From Acidobacteriaceae bacterium (GTDB lineage Bacteria; Acidobacteriota; Terriglobia; Terriglobales; Acidobacteriaceae): 64,000 bases of DNA. The notes under the pieces were generated by a model. The model was given only the letters and a program-made list of their open reading frames with translations. It made no database searches and was not told the origin of the DNA. Position 1 is the stretch's first letter, and the number at the start of each line of letters is the position of its first letter. The DNA lies in the NCBI GenBank assembly GCA_035656855.1, contig DASRRO010000219.1, forward strand, positions 4,340 to 68,339, in the 5' to 3' direction. Positions 46,516 to 57,087 of this stretch are shown piece by piece. The position numbers were made by a program, and so were the translations under genes.

Positions 46516-47916
46516 CTAGAGGACTCCGGTAAGGGTTTGCAGGTTGGCGCGAGCGACCTGGGCCCGCAGCAGGCCGTCGGCCAGGGCGGATTCAGCCTGG
46601 GCCAGGGCATTTTCCGCATCCACGACTTCAAGAGCGAGGGCCTCTCCGGCGGAGTAGCGGAGGCGGGTGAGGCGAAGGCTTTCGCGGGCGGTGTCCACAC
46701 TGGTGCGCAGCGACGCGACCTGGTCGGAGGCGACGCGGGCTTCGTTGTAGTACTCGTCGAGTTGCGCGATGAGCGTTCGCTGCATGTTGGTGAGCGCCGC
46801 CTGGGCAGCCCGCTCTCTCAGTTCGCTCTGGCGGATGCGGTCGTGGGTAGCGAACCAGTCCCACAGGGGGACATCCAAACCTACCGACGCGGAGTAGCCA
46901 AGGTTGCGGACGCCATCGGGGCCGTTAACGGCGAACTGCGGCGCATCGATGCCCCAGCTGTAATTGAGAGCCAGAGCGGGGAAATAGCCGGCGCGCGCGG
47001 CATAGACATCACTGTGCGCCGCGTGCAGCGCCGCCAGCGCGCTGCGCAGATCAGGGTTATTGGTTCCTGCCTGGGCCTCAACCGCGGCGCGATCCGGCAG
47101 CGGTTCGGCGATCTGGCCTTCCGCAGCCAGTGGGCAGGGAGTGCGGGGATCGGGGAAGAGCAGAACGCCGAGGTCGAGACGGGCTTTTTCAGCGGCCAGG
47201 GTGGCATCTTCGAATTCCCGCTGGCGCTGCTGATCCGACAGGTCGGCTTTGACTACATCGGCGTGCGCCACTTCGCGGCCGTTCTCAAGTTTCTGTGTCA
47301 GGTCGACGAAAGCTTTGGCTTCGTTGAGGGCGCGCCGGGCAACGTTCACCTTCTCGTTGGCCGAGAGCACGCCGAAGTAAGCGGCCACAACGCGCACGAC
47401 GAGGTCGCGGCGGGCGCTTTCGAGGTCGGCGGAGGACTGGGCCGCCAGCGCGCGGGCGCGCTGATAATTGGCGAGGCCGGCGAAGCTGAGGGTTTCGTTG
47501 ACCAGGATTTGCGCGGCGTATTCCCGGATCGCGTTGTTGGCGATGAAGCGAGGCGCAGCCTGGGAGCCGATTTGTCCTCCCTGGTTGCGAACGCCGTTGG
47601 GCTGGGTGTAGAGATACTGCCCGTGCGCGTCGGCGTTGGGCAGCAGGGCACTGCGGCTGAGAGCTGCGTCCAGCCGAGCCGAGCCTCTGGCGGCAACCGC
47701 GCCGGCATAGGCTGGATCGTTTTTGAGGGCCAGGTCAATGGCCTGGCTGAGGGTGATGGCGCCGGCGGCCGGACTGGACTGGCTCGCCGCGGCAGCCTGC
47801 GAGGCAGGTTGCGGGGCCTGGGGCAGGGAATCGGCGGAGACGGGCCGAGCGCAGACAATCGCTGCGCCGGCGACAAGGAGCGTCGCAAGCCGTGCCGGAA
47901 AGCCCGAACGAAACAT
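46516..47916 (-). CDS. TolC-family outer membrane efflux protein
   Basis: Signal peptide; duplicated TolC repeats (LSQAIDLALKNDPAYAGAV...; ...LDLGVLLFPDP...); 1-nt gap to the MFP start. Confidence 0.85.
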   Translation of the reverse strand: MFRSGFPARLATLLVAGAAIVCARPVSADSLPQAPQPASQAAAASQSSPAAGAITLSQAIDLALKNDPAYAGAVAARGSARLDAALSRSALLPNADAHGQYLYTQPNGVRNQGGQIGSQAAPRFIANNAIREYAAQILVNETLSFAGLANYQRARALAAQSSADLESARRDLVVRVVAAYFGVLSANEKVNVARRALNEAKAFVDLTQKLENGREVAHADVVKADLSDQQRQREFEDATLAAEKARLDLGVLLFPDPRTPCPLAAEGQIAEPLPDRAAVEAQAGTNNPDLRSALAALHAAHSDVYAARAGYFPALALNYSWGIDAPQFAVNGPDGVRNLGYSASVGLDVPLWDWFATHDRIRQSELRERAAQAALTNMQRTLIAQLDEYYNEARVASDQVASLRTSVDTARESLRLTRLRYSAGEALALEVVDAENALAQAESALADGLLRAQVARANLQTLTGVL

Positions 47917-47980
47917 GGGCTTGAGAATATCAACAGCAGCTTAAGGAAGGCTGAAGGAGGCGGTTCGGACCGGCCCCGGG

Positions 47981-48733
47981 CTAGCGCAGTTGCTCTTCGG
48001 TCATCAGGTGCGCGAATTCCGGGGTAGCGCGCAGGGCAGTGAGCGTCTGGTCCGCATAGAGTTTTTGGCGATCTCCGAAGCCCTCATTCAGCGCGCGGCG
48101 GAGAAAATCGAGGGCTTTGGCATTCTTTCCGGACTGGGCAAAGATGCGGGCGATGGAATAGTCCTCCTGAGCGCGCCGACTGGCGGGCAGAGGCTCGTTG
48201 ACCAGGAGGCTGCTGGATTCGTTGAAAACGCGGGGATCGAGGGCGAAGGCCTTCTGATAGGCTCCGAGACCGTCCTCGTACCTTTCCTCCGCAAACCAGG
48301 CGGTTCCCAGATTGCAGTACATGGTTGCGGAATTCGGGTTGAGGGCCAGAGCTTTGCGATAGCACCGGACCGCCTTTGGGTAATTCTTCTGCGCAAAGTA
48401 AACGGCGCCCAGGTTATTGAGGGCTTCGGGGTAAGCGGGGCGCAGATGCAGGGCGCGCTCATAGGCGCGCTTTGCTTCGTCGATGGCGAACAAGTGATGA
48501 AAGGCCATGCCCAGCTTGTTCCAGACGTCGGGGGAATCCTGCGGCGACTTGCGATAGAAATCGATGGCAGTGACGTATTCCTGGCGGATCATGGCCAGGT
48601 CGCCGCGAGCTTCGGGTGTGAGCTGAGCCGGTGCGACGTGCCCGGGAAGTGCGTCCAGAGCCTGCGGCGCTGCGGGCGGGACGAGCGCCAGAAGCAGGAA
48701 CAAAGGTGCGACCACGGTGCCAGCGTGCGGCAT
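47981..48733 (-). CDS. Tetratricopeptide-repeat protein (secreted)
   Basis: TPR units (AKRAYERALHLRPAYPEALNNLGAVYFAQKNYPKAVRCYRKALALNPNSA...); alternative ATG at 48757. Confidence 0.75.
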   Translation of the reverse strand: MPHAGTVVAPLFLLLALVPPAAPQALDALPGHVAPAQLTPEARGDLAMIRQEYVTAIDFYRKSPQDSPDVWNKLGMAFHHLFAIDEAKRAYERALHLRPAYPEALNNLGAVYFAQKNYPKAVRCYRKALALNPNSATMYCNLGTAWFAEERYEDGLGAYQKAFALDPRVFNESSSLLVNEPLPASRRAQEDYSIARIFAQSGKNAKALDFLRRALNEGFGDRQKLYADQTLTALRATPEFAHLMTEEQLR

Positions 48734-48836
48734 GGGAGCCCTCTCAGACGCCCCCATGATGGACCGAAAGGTCCGGGATGGGAAGAACGAAATTTGAGCC
48801 GGCGTTTACGAGAGGCACACCGGTGTCGCGTCGCCT

Positions 48837-49979
48837 TTAGCCGGCGATCGGCGGCGGCTCCAGTGGCGGCATGAGAGGGCTGGCGGAAGGTGGAACCTGC
48901 GGTGCCGGAAGCGGGGTTCCCGGAGGATCGAGACGATCGCCGAGGGGTGGATAGTATCCCCCGTAGTAGTAGACCGCGTAGGACTCCTTGATGACCGCGA
49001 TGAAACCGTAGAGAACCACACAAAGCAGGAGATACGCTGCGACGAGAAGGGCGCCGGCGGCGAGGCAGTACAGGATGAACAGCGCCATGCCGAGCGGTCC
49101 AGCATGCCAGAAGGCGCGGAAGAGGACAAAGCCGATGCCCACGCCGGCGCCGCCCAGCAGGAGCAGAACGATCATCAGGGCCATGGCGCCAATCCAGGCA
49201 AGGCCGAGCTCGAGGACGAAGCGCAGGAGCAGATAGCCGAGGAAGGAACCGAACTTCTGGCGGAGGAACTGGAAGAAGCGCGCGAATGAAACGCCAAGGG
49301 GCGCGTCTTCGAGAGCCATGGGAGGCAGGATGAAGTCCTGGGTGAGGGCGTCGGCGGTGAGTGCGACCAGCATGAAGAGAAACATGACTCCGTAAAAGGG
49401 AAAGATTGTGGTGAAGACGAATGTTGGATCATGACTGATCTGCTGCGGGTTCATGTGCCGCATCGCGAGAATGAAATGGAGCATCAGGGGCCCGGCGGTG
49501 ACGGCCAGCAGCAGGAGGAGCGCGAAGCCGATGAGGATCATGAGGCCGAAGAAGCGCCAGGCCTGAGAGCGGTATGGCTTCCAGGCGCGCGAGACGAGGC
49601 CATGCCGGTAGAGCACCAGATCGAAGAGAGTAAAGCGAAGGCGGCACCAGAGCCAGACAAGGAAGACGGCCAGCAGTAAGAGAAAGAAAAGACCGATGGT
49701 CAGCGCGGTGAAAAGGATCGAGGGCAGGCCCGATGGATGAAGCGCGCGGCGGCTCAGGGCTCCCACGACTCCGCTGCCAATGGCCAGGAATTCAAAGAAG
49801 ATGCCGAAGAGCATGCCGTAAATGTTGGGCTGGGTGAGAGCGGCGACGACGGCGATCTTCAGGAAAAACCAGAAACGGAAAGGGCTGGGCTGTCCGGGCC
49901 AGGGGCTGGGCGGGGTGAGGATGGTGCGGGCCCGGCTGAAGGCCGGAGAGATGGCGTCGACCGGCGACAGCGGTTTCAT
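48837..49979 (-). CDS. Polytopic membrane protein of unknown function with Pro-rich C-terminal tail
   Basis: 380 aa, at least 7 hydrophobic segments, tail YYYGGYYPPLGDRLDPPGTPLPAPQVPPSASPLMPPLEPPPIAG. Confidence 0.6.
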   Translation of the reverse strand: MKPLSPVDAISPAFSRARTILTPPSPWPGQPSPFRFWFFLKIAVVAALTQPNIYGMLFGIFFEFLAIGSGVVGALSRRALHPSGLPSILFTALTIGLFFLLLLAVFLVWLWCRLRFTLFDLVLYRHGLVSRAWKPYRSQAWRFFGLMILIGFALLLLLAVTAGPLMLHFILAMRHMNPQQISHDPTFVFTTIFPFYGVMFLFMLVALTADALTQDFILPPMALEDAPLGVSFARFFQFLRQKFGSFLGYLLLRFVLELGLAWIGAMALMIVLLLLGGAGVGIGFVLFRAFWHAGPLGMALFILYCLAAGALLVAAYLLLCVVLYGFIAVIKESYAVYYYGGYYPPLGDRLDPPGTPLPAPQVPPSASPLMPPLEPPPIAG

Positions 49980-50011
49980 GGTGCGGAGGCCTTTCCCCTG
50001 GAATTTGGGAC

Positions 50012-50109
50012 CAGCGTACAGGGTTCAGGGTGCAGCGTACAGGGTTCAGGGTGCAGCGTACAGGGGGGAAGAAGAACAGGGTACAGGGTGCAGGTCACAG
50101 GTTGCAGCC
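50012..50109 (+). repeat. Heptad array, 14 units, with 21-bp higher-order repeat
   Basis: cagcgta cagggtt cagggtg appears twice in full (50012-50053), followed by cagcgta and further degenerate heptads up to tgcagcc. Confidence 0.9.
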
Positions 50110-50175
50110 AATGAGAATCAGGACCAGGGTTGTTCATGACAGGACGGCGTGTATCGCTACTTATAATCAGAACTC

Positions 50176-50667
50176 ATGACGACGATTCGATGGGCGCGGC
50201 CGGAAGATGCGGCGCTGATTCTCCAGTTTGTCCGGGAGCTGGCTGAGTATGAACGCGAGCCGGACGCGGTGACGATCCTTGAAGCCGAGTTGCTGCGCGA
50301 TGGCTTTCCCGCCGACGGCGGAGAGCGCTATTTCGAGTGCCTGATTGCCGAGGAGGATGGCGAGTCGGCTGGATTTGCCCTGTTCTTTCCGGTGTACTCC
50401 ACCTGGAAGGGAAGGGCGATGCATCTGGAGGATCTCTTTGTGCGGCCGCGGTTTCGGGGGCGGGGCATCGGGAAGGCTCTGCTGACGAAGGTGGCGGCCG
50501 TGGCGGTGGAACGGGGGTGTGCTCGGTTCTTCTGGCACGTGCTGGACTGGAACACGCCGGCAATCGAGTTTTACCAGTCGCTGGGCGCAGTGCCGCTGGT
50601 CGACTGGACGCGGATGGAGATTTCCGGCGAACCGCTGCGAGCCCTGGGGCGCGAAGCAGCCCTATGA
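50176..50667 (+). CDS. GNAT-family N-acetyltransferase (diamine acetyltransferase-like)
   Basis: IRWARPEDAALILQFVRELAEYE; acetyl-CoA motif RPRFRGRGIGKALL; AIEFYQSLGA. Confidence 0.85.
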   Translation: MTTIRWARPEDAALILQFVRELAEYEREPDAVTILEAELLRDGFPADGGERYFECLIAEEDGESAGFALFFPVYSTWKGRAMHLEDLFVRPRFRGRGIGKALLTKVAAVAVERGCARFFWHVLDWNTPAIEFYQSLGAVPLVDWTRMEISGEPLRALGREAAL

Positions 50668-52013
50668 AGATTCGCGTCATCGGCGGCGGCCTTGCCGGGC
50701 CCGAGGCAGCGCTGGTCGCGGCGCGCATGGGCATCGGAGTGGATCTGTACGAAATGCGGCCCGTGCGGATGACGCCCGCCCATCAGACCCCGGACTTCGG
50801 GGAACTGGTCTGCTCGAATTCTCTTAAAAGCGAAAGCGAGAACACGGCGCCCTGGCTGTTGAAGCAGGAGATGCGCCGGGCGGGGTCGCCGCTGTTGCAG
50901 TGCGCCGATGCGAGCGCGGTGCCGGCCGGTCATGCGCTGGCGGTGGATCGGGTGGAGTTCTCGCGGTTAATCGGAGAGGCGATTGCCGCGGAGCCGCGGA
51001 TCACGGTATATCGCGAGGAAGCCACGCGCCTGGATCCGGAAGATGGGATCACGATTGTGGCGTCGGGTCCGCTGACCTCGTCAGCGCTGTCGCAGGAGAT
51101 TGCGCGACTGACCGGGAGCGAACACCTGGCGTTCTACGACTCGATCAGCCCGATCGTGGAGGCGGACTCGATCGATCGGGAGAAGGTCTACTTCGCGGCC
51201 CGCTATGACAAGGGAACCGCGGACTACATTAACTGTCCGATGACGAAGGAAGAATACGAGCGGTTCCTCGACGCGCTGTTAACGGCCGAGAGCGTCGAAG
51301 CGAAAGAGTGGGAGAAGCTCGACTACTTTGAGAGCTGCCTGCCCATCGAGGAGCTGGCGCGGCGGGGGCGGGACACGCTGCGCTTCGGGCCGATGAAGCC
51401 GGTGGGGCTGCGCGATCCGCGGACCGGGACAATGCCGTGGGCTGTGGTGCAGTTGCGGGTGGAAAATCTGCGGTCGGACTCGTATAACCTGGTCGGATTC
51501 CAGAACCATATGAAGTACGGCGAGCAGGCGCGGATCTTTCGGATGATCCCGGGACTGGAAAACGCTAAGTTCCTTCGTTACGGTCAGATCCATCGCAATA
51601 CTTACATTAACGCTCCAAAGGTGATGACTCGGCTTCTGCAGATGAAAGAGCGTCCCGGGATCTTCTTTGCGGGACAGATTTCCGGAGTCGAAGGGTACAC
51701 GGAGTCGATCGCGACAGGGATGCTGGCGGGGATGTATGCGGCGGCCATTGCGCGCCGGGAAACGCCGGAGCCGGTTCCCCGGGGGACGGCGCTGGGGTCG
51801 CTGGTTCGGTATGTCACGGAGGCGGATCCCAAGCGTTTTCAGCCAGCCAACATCACCTTCGATCTGCTGGAGCCACTGGACGATGAAACCCGGCGCAAGG
51901 TGCGGGATAAGCGGGAGCGGCACCGGATTCAGTGCGAGCGGGCGCTGGCCGAGTTTGAGACGTGGCTGAGAGCGATTCCGGCTACCACTCAAGCCAAAAC
52001 ATGGCCTGGATGA
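50664..52013 (+). CDS. trmFO: Methylenetetrahydrofolate--tRNA-(uracil-5-)-methyltransferase
   Basis: MKIRVIGGGLAGPEAAL FAD motif; GELVCSNSLKS; FAGQISGVEGYTESIATGMLAG; ATGA overlap with the GNAT stop. Confidence 0.93.
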   Translation: MKIRVIGGGLAGPEAALVAARMGIGVDLYEMRPVRMTPAHQTPDFGELVCSNSLKSESENTAPWLLKQEMRRAGSPLLQCADASAVPAGHALAVDRVEFSRLIGEAIAAEPRITVYREEATRLDPEDGITIVASGPLTSSALSQEIARLTGSEHLAFYDSISPIVEADSIDREKVYFAARYDKGTADYINCPMTKEEYERFLDALLTAESVEAKEWEKLDYFESCLPIEELARRGRDTLRFGPMKPVGLRDPRTGTMPWAVVQLRVENLRSDSYNLVGFQNHMKYGEQARIFRMIPGLENAKFLRYGQIHRNTYINAPKVMTRLLQMKERPGIFFAGQISGVEGYTESIATGMLAGMYAAAIARRETPEPVPRGTALGSLVRYVTEADPKRFQPANITFDLLEPLDDETRRKVRDKRERHRIQCERALAEFETWLRAIPATTQAKTWPG

Positions 52014-52102
52014 GGCACCCGCGTAACCCATTGAAGCCAAAGCGGGCTCAAACGGGGCACCCGGGGACGTACCTGAACTGACCTGCTAACCTTAAACCAG
52101 TC

Positions 52103-52797
<695 letters not shown>

Positions 52798-52801
<4 letters not shown>

Positions 52802-53592
52802 TCGATATCCATCACCACTTGCTGTATGCGACGGACGACGGGCCGAAGGACATTGACGGCTCCGTCGCGCAGGCCGAGGCGGCGGCCGCCGACGGCATCA
52901 CTCATATCGTGTGCACGCCGCACGCCAACGATACCTTTGAGTTCAACCCGGAGAAGAATCGCGAGCGTCTGGACGCGATCCAGGCGCGGGTCGGCAACGA
53001 TGTGCGGCTGGGTCTGGGCTGCGATTTTCACCTCTCCTACGAGAACATCGAGGACGCACTCAAACATCCGACGAAGTTCACCATCAATCAGGGGAAATAT
53101 CTGCTGGTGGAGTTTGCCGAGTTCATGATCCCGCAAAGCATCGGCGACACGTTTTACGAGTTCACGGTGCGAGGAGTGCGGCCGATCATCACCCATCCGG
53201 AACGGAATCCGATCCTGCAAAAGGAACCGGAGCGGATGATGGAGTGGATGCGGACCGGCTGTCTGGTGCAGATCACCTCAGCCTCACTGGGAGGGCGATT
53301 CGGGAAGCGGGCGCAGGCCATGGCGTGGAATCTGCTGGAGCGGAACTGGGTGCACTTTATCGCCACCGACGCGCACAATCTGGAGAGCCGGCGTCCGGCA
53401 TTGCGGCCCGCCTACGCAGGTGTGGAGAAGCGGTTTGGAGCCGAAACGGCGGAGCGGCTGTGCGTGGAAAACCCGCGGGCGGCCTTCAATAATCAGCCCT
53501 TGCCTCCCCAGCCCGAGCCGGAAGGCGTCTACGTCTATGAAGACGATCGGGGCAAGCCAAAGGGCCTGATGGCCCGGCTGTTTGGGAAGTAG
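52798..53592 (+). CDS. PHP-family protein-tyrosine phosphatase (CpsB/YwqE-like)
   Basis: [39 protein letters not shown] metal-binding motifs; ATGA overlap with purQ. Confidence 0.8.
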
Positions 53593-53648
53593 CCGAACCT
53601 GCCTCGCTGAGAAGGCGTCCCGCTCCGAACGTCGATCAACCGGCCGGA

Positions 53649-54056
53649 CTACTGAATGCCGGCTGCGTTCAGGTGATCCGAATAGGCTTTGTCCGACTCC
53701 CGGATGTGGTGGACCACCCACTGGCGGACGAAGTTGAGCAGAGAGACGGAGCTGGCCGAGCGCCCTTCCTCCAGGGCCCGCTTGTACTGTTCCACGTCCT
53801 CCATCAGCTTTCTGTGCTGCTCCCGGTGCGCAGGCAGTCCGGGATAACCGGTTTGCCGCATCAGGACTTCTTCCTGAAGGAAGTGGGTGCGGGTATAGAC
53901 GGCGAGTTGTTCCACCGTGTCGCGGAGCACGTCATCCCCCTTACCGACGCGCATGGCTTCGGCAAGGCCGTTGATGATCTCAAACAATTTCTCGTGCTGT
54001 TCGTCCATTTGCCGCACGCGTACGCTGTACGATTCATTCCAGGCGAAGATCGCCAT
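53649..54056 (-). CDS. Bacteriohemerythrin
   Basis: WNESYSVRVRQMDEQHEKLFEIIN...HFLQEE...HREQHRKLM...WVVHHIRESD: His/Glu/Asp iron ligands in hemerythrin spacing. Confidence 0.85.
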   Translation of the reverse strand: MAIFAWNESYSVRVRQMDEQHEKLFEIINGLAEAMRVGKGDDVLRDTVEQLAVYTRTHFLQEEVLMRQTGYPGLPAHREQHRKLMEDVEQYKRALEEGRSASSVSLLNFVRQWVVHHIRESDKAYSDHLNAAGIQ

Positions 54057-54144
54057 CGAGGACTCTCCCGAAAGCAGGCACTGTCCCGGTTATCGGCGCA
54101 AGGATCGGGAAGATGAGCGGGAGGGAAGAGTCCGTTGTGGCGAC

Positions 54145-54870
54145 CTAAAGGCCGAGGCCGCCGTCGACGCTCAGAATCTGACCGGTAATAAAGTGCGGGC
54201 CGGCAGCAAAAAACAGGACCGCGGCGGCCACGTCCTGCGCAGTGCCGTTGCGTTGCATGGGCGTACGGCGGGCGAAGTGCTCGTATTCCTCGGCCACTTC
54301 GCCGTTGACGATCATGCCGGGGGCGACGCAGTTGACGCTGACCTCCGGGGCAAAGGCTTTGGACATGGTCTGGGTGAGCATGTGGAGAGCGGCTTTGGAG
54401 GTGCAGTAATGGGCGTGCGTGGGCCAGGGATGCAATCCGCCAAGCGAGCCGATGTTGATGATGCGGCCGCGCGCGGCCTTCAGGTGTGGATACGCCGCCT
54501 GGGCGGTGAGGAACGGAGCGCGGGTATTGGTCTCAAACATCGCATCCCATTGCTCCACCGTGATGCTTTCCAGAGCCGCGGTTTCGTAACGGCCGGCATT
54601 GTTGACGAGGATGTCGATGCGGCTGAACTGATCGGCGATGGCGTCGATGGTGGCGTGGATCTGGCTGGGATCGCGGAGGTCGGCTCGGTAGGCGGCGGCG
54701 AGGACGCCCCGCTCGGCCAGTTCGGCGACGGTGGTCTGGGCGTCTGTTTCGGATTCCCGCCAGGTGATGGCCACATGAGCGCCGGCATCGGCCAGAGAAA
54801 GAGCCAGGGCGCGCCCAATGCGCTTCGCCGCGCCGGTCACAACGGCCACCTGGCCGTGAAGAGGCTTCAT
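54145..54870 (-). CDS. SDR-family oxidoreductase
   Basis: VAVVTGAAKRIGRA (TGxxxxIG), NNAG, YCTSKAA (YxxxK). Confidence 0.88.
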   Translation of the reverse strand: MKPLHGQVAVVTGAAKRIGRALALSLADAGAHVAITWRESETDAQTTVAELAERGVLAAAYRADLRDPSQIHATIDAIADQFSRIDILVNNAGRYETAALESITVEQWDAMFETNTRAPFLTAQAAYPHLKAARGRIINIGSLGGLHPWPTHAHYCTSKAALHMLTQTMSKAFAPEVSVNCVAPGMIVNGEVAEEYEHFARRTPMQRNGTAQDVAAAVLFFAAGPHFITGQILSVDGGLGL

Positions 54871-54969
54871 CAGTCGATTCTAACGTCCAGATCCTTACAG
54901 GATCGAGGGCGCGGGACAACGGAGGAACGGTCCGGACGCATCCCAAAGTCCGAACGAAGGACCCCCTCC

Positions 54970-55635
54970 ATGCGAAGAGCATTCGTGTTGGCCGTCATTA
55001 CAGGCTGCACGCTCGGCGTGTGCGCAGGCTGTGCCGGGAGCCGCGCCGGGCATCTGGCGCACAGCGGAGCGGCGGGAATTGCGCCCGACGATGCCGCCCT
55101 CCATCCCAATCCCAACGCTCCGTATATCCTGGCAGGCGGAACGCCGCGGCTGGTGGCGCGGGCGACGGCTGACGACGCGGCCAATGCAGGACCGTGCGAT
55201 CCCGAGGTGCTCTCCATAGAAGAAATTGCGGGCGATACCAGCGGAGTTTTCCGGTCGGTGAAGCTGGCCTTCATGAATCGCGGCCCGGTGCCCTGCCGAC
55301 TGGGTGGTTATCCGGAGGTGGCGCTGCTGGATTCCCAGGGCGAGCGGATCGGCAACATCAACACCCAAAGAGTCAGCTCAACCGAAGTGCTGGCCGAGTT
55401 TGGAAAGCAGCTGCCGCCCGGAGGCAAGGGGCCTTCCCCGGCGGTCACGCTGATGCCGCATGAGGTCGCGGCTTTTCAGGTGGTCTGGACCACGGGAACT
55501 GAATGTTCGCGGGTAGCCCGCATTCAGGTCGCGGCTCCAGGCAGCCGCCGGACCTTCGGCATTACTCAGCCTATGAAGGTCTGCACCGGGCAGATTCAGG
55601 TGACAGAGCTGCGGCTGGATGAGGGGGCCGTTTAA
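54970..55635 (+). CDS. DUF4232-like lipoprotein
   Basis: Lipobox VITGC; FMNRGPVPCRLGGYPEVALLDSQGERIG and conserved Cys pattern; only the last 221 codons of the 572-aa track ORF. Confidence 0.6.
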   Translation: MRRAFVLAVITGCTLGVCAGCAGSRAGHLAHSGAAGIAPDDAALHPNPNAPYILAGGTPRLVARATADDAANAGPCDPEVLSIEEIAGDTSGVFRSVKLAFMNRGPVPCRLGGYPEVALLDSQGERIGNINTQRVSSTEVLAEFGKQLPPGGKGPSPAVTLMPHEVAAFQVVWTTGTECSRVARIQVAAPGSRRTFGITQPMKVCTGQIQVTELRLDEGAV

Positions 55636-55637
55636 AG

Positions 55638-55672
55638 CAGGGTGCAGGGTGCAGGATGCAGGGTGCCGGGGC
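55638..55672 (+). repeat. Heptad array (CAGGGTG), 5 units
   Basis: cagggtg cagggtg caggatg cagggtg ccggggc; starts 3 nt after the stop at 55635. Confidence 0.85.
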
Positions 55673-55689
55673 GGGAGATTTCGTGCCTT

Positions 55690-57087
55690 CTATTCGGTTA
55701 TGGCTGAGGGATCTTTGCTGCTGAAGGCCACGGCGGCAAGGGCGATCAGCGGGGGAAACCATTCGAGGGTATAGCGCGGCTCCGGGGCTTCCAGCGTGAG
55801 GAGCAGCGCACAGCGCAGCAGAACGAAGGCCAGGATCGCACCGCGCAGGGGCGGCCGCTTTAGAAATCCCACTATGGCGGCCAGGAAGTAAGCCAGGTTC
55901 AGGCCCGCGTAGGCCCAGGCAAAGATCGTCTCGGCAGGATGGTGCTGGTATTGCCACCATCGCAGTTCAATCCACAGCAGCTCGGTGCGAGGGCGGAAAG
56001 CCATGTCCGCCAGACGGGCCAGGGGCAACTCCACAGAGTAGCGGAAGGGGTGGTCGTTGACGCGTTCAGCAGCCAGCGCGCCAAAGGCGGTATCCATATC
56101 CGGCGCAAGGGTGGTGGTGCGGTTGTAGTCGGCGATCAGGTTGCGGGTCTGCTGATACTGTTCCGGGGAATCGAAGGCGCGGGCGGGCAGGTCACTGAGA
56201 TTGATGACGTCGGAGTTGACATTCCAGTAGACCTCCCAGGTGCAGGCGAGATCGACGCAGATGGTTTTGGTCCAGCGATTGAAGCCGGGGTCGGAAGGCT
56301 CGCCGGGATCCACCGCATACCGCGGCGCCAGCGGCTGAAAGATATGGAAAGTGCGCTCGTTGCGGATCGTCCAGGGAATAAAGGGCAGAATCGACAGCAC
56401 GCCGCAGACGATCGCCCAGCGCAGCATGGGGGACAGACCCCAGCGGCGATATCCATAAACAACCATGGCCGGACACACGGCGACGGCGAGCAGTGCGCCG
56501 TCCGGGCGGAGCAGGGTGGCATAGCTCCATGCGAGGGCCAGCACCAGAGCCCAGGTCCAGCGGGGCGCGTCAAGAAAGCGGACGAGCGCATAGAAGGCGA
56601 GGGCGGTGCAGAAGAGTTCCAGCGTTTCCGTCAGGGGCACGGCGGCATAGTTCGCGGTGAAGGGGCAGAGCACAGCCAGCCACAATGCCCACCAGCCGGC
56701 GCGGGCACTCCAGATGCGGCGCGCGAAAGCGGCGATCAGCAGACAGGTGGCAAGATCGATGGCGGTTTGGGCAAACATGACCGCGTGGTAATGCTCCATG
56801 CCAAAAAGGCGGAAGCAAAGGATAAGGAAGAGAGGATAGCCGGGCAGGCGGATGAGGGTAGGGTGAATGCCCGCGAGGAGCTCAGAAGCGGGCGCGCCGG
56901 GAGCCGCTGCTCCGCCGCCGGTGAGGCCGTAGATGCCGTGCAGCATCCAGTTCTTTGCGATATCGCCATAGATGAGGGGATCGCCCTGGACCTCGGGATA
57001 AGCATGAATAAACCACAGGCGCAGGGCGGCGCCGGCTGACAGAGCCAGCGCGAGCAGCATCCATGACTTCAGGCCCATGCGAGGCAT
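55690..57087 (-). CDS. GT39/ArnT-like membrane glycosyltransferase
   Basis: 465 aa polytopic; N-terminal LRLWFIHAYPEVQGDPLIYGDIAKNW loop typical of PMT_2/GT-C enzymes. Confidence 0.7.
   Translation of the reverse strand: MPRMGLKSWMLLALALSAGAALRLWFIHAYPEVQGDPLIYGDIAKNWMLHGIYGLTGGGAAAPGAPASELLAGIHPTLIRLPGYPLFLILCFRLFGMEHYHAVMFAQTAIDLATCLLIAAFARRIWSARAGWWALWLAVLCPFTANYAAVPLTETLELFCTALAFYALVRFLDAPRWTWALVLALAWSYATLLRPDGALLAVAVCPAMVVYGYRRWGLSPMLRWAIVCGVLSILPFIPWTIRNERTFHIFQPLAPRYAVDPGEPSDPGFNRWTKTICVDLACTWEVYWNVNSDVINLSDLPARAFDSPEQYQQTRNLIADYNRTTTLAPDMDTAFGALAAERVNDHPFRYSVELPLARLADMAFRPRTELLWIELRWWQYQHHPAETIFAWAYAGLNLAYFLAAIVGFLKRPPLRGAILAFVLLRCALLLTLEAPEPRYTLEWFPPLIALAAVAFSSKDPSAITE

Noticed and set aside
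53917-54969. First ~350 codons of the 572-aa plus-strand ORF
   Set aside because: They overlap the hemerythrin and SDR genes on the opposite strand. A lipoprotein signal and start at 54970 define the real DUF4232-like CDS.
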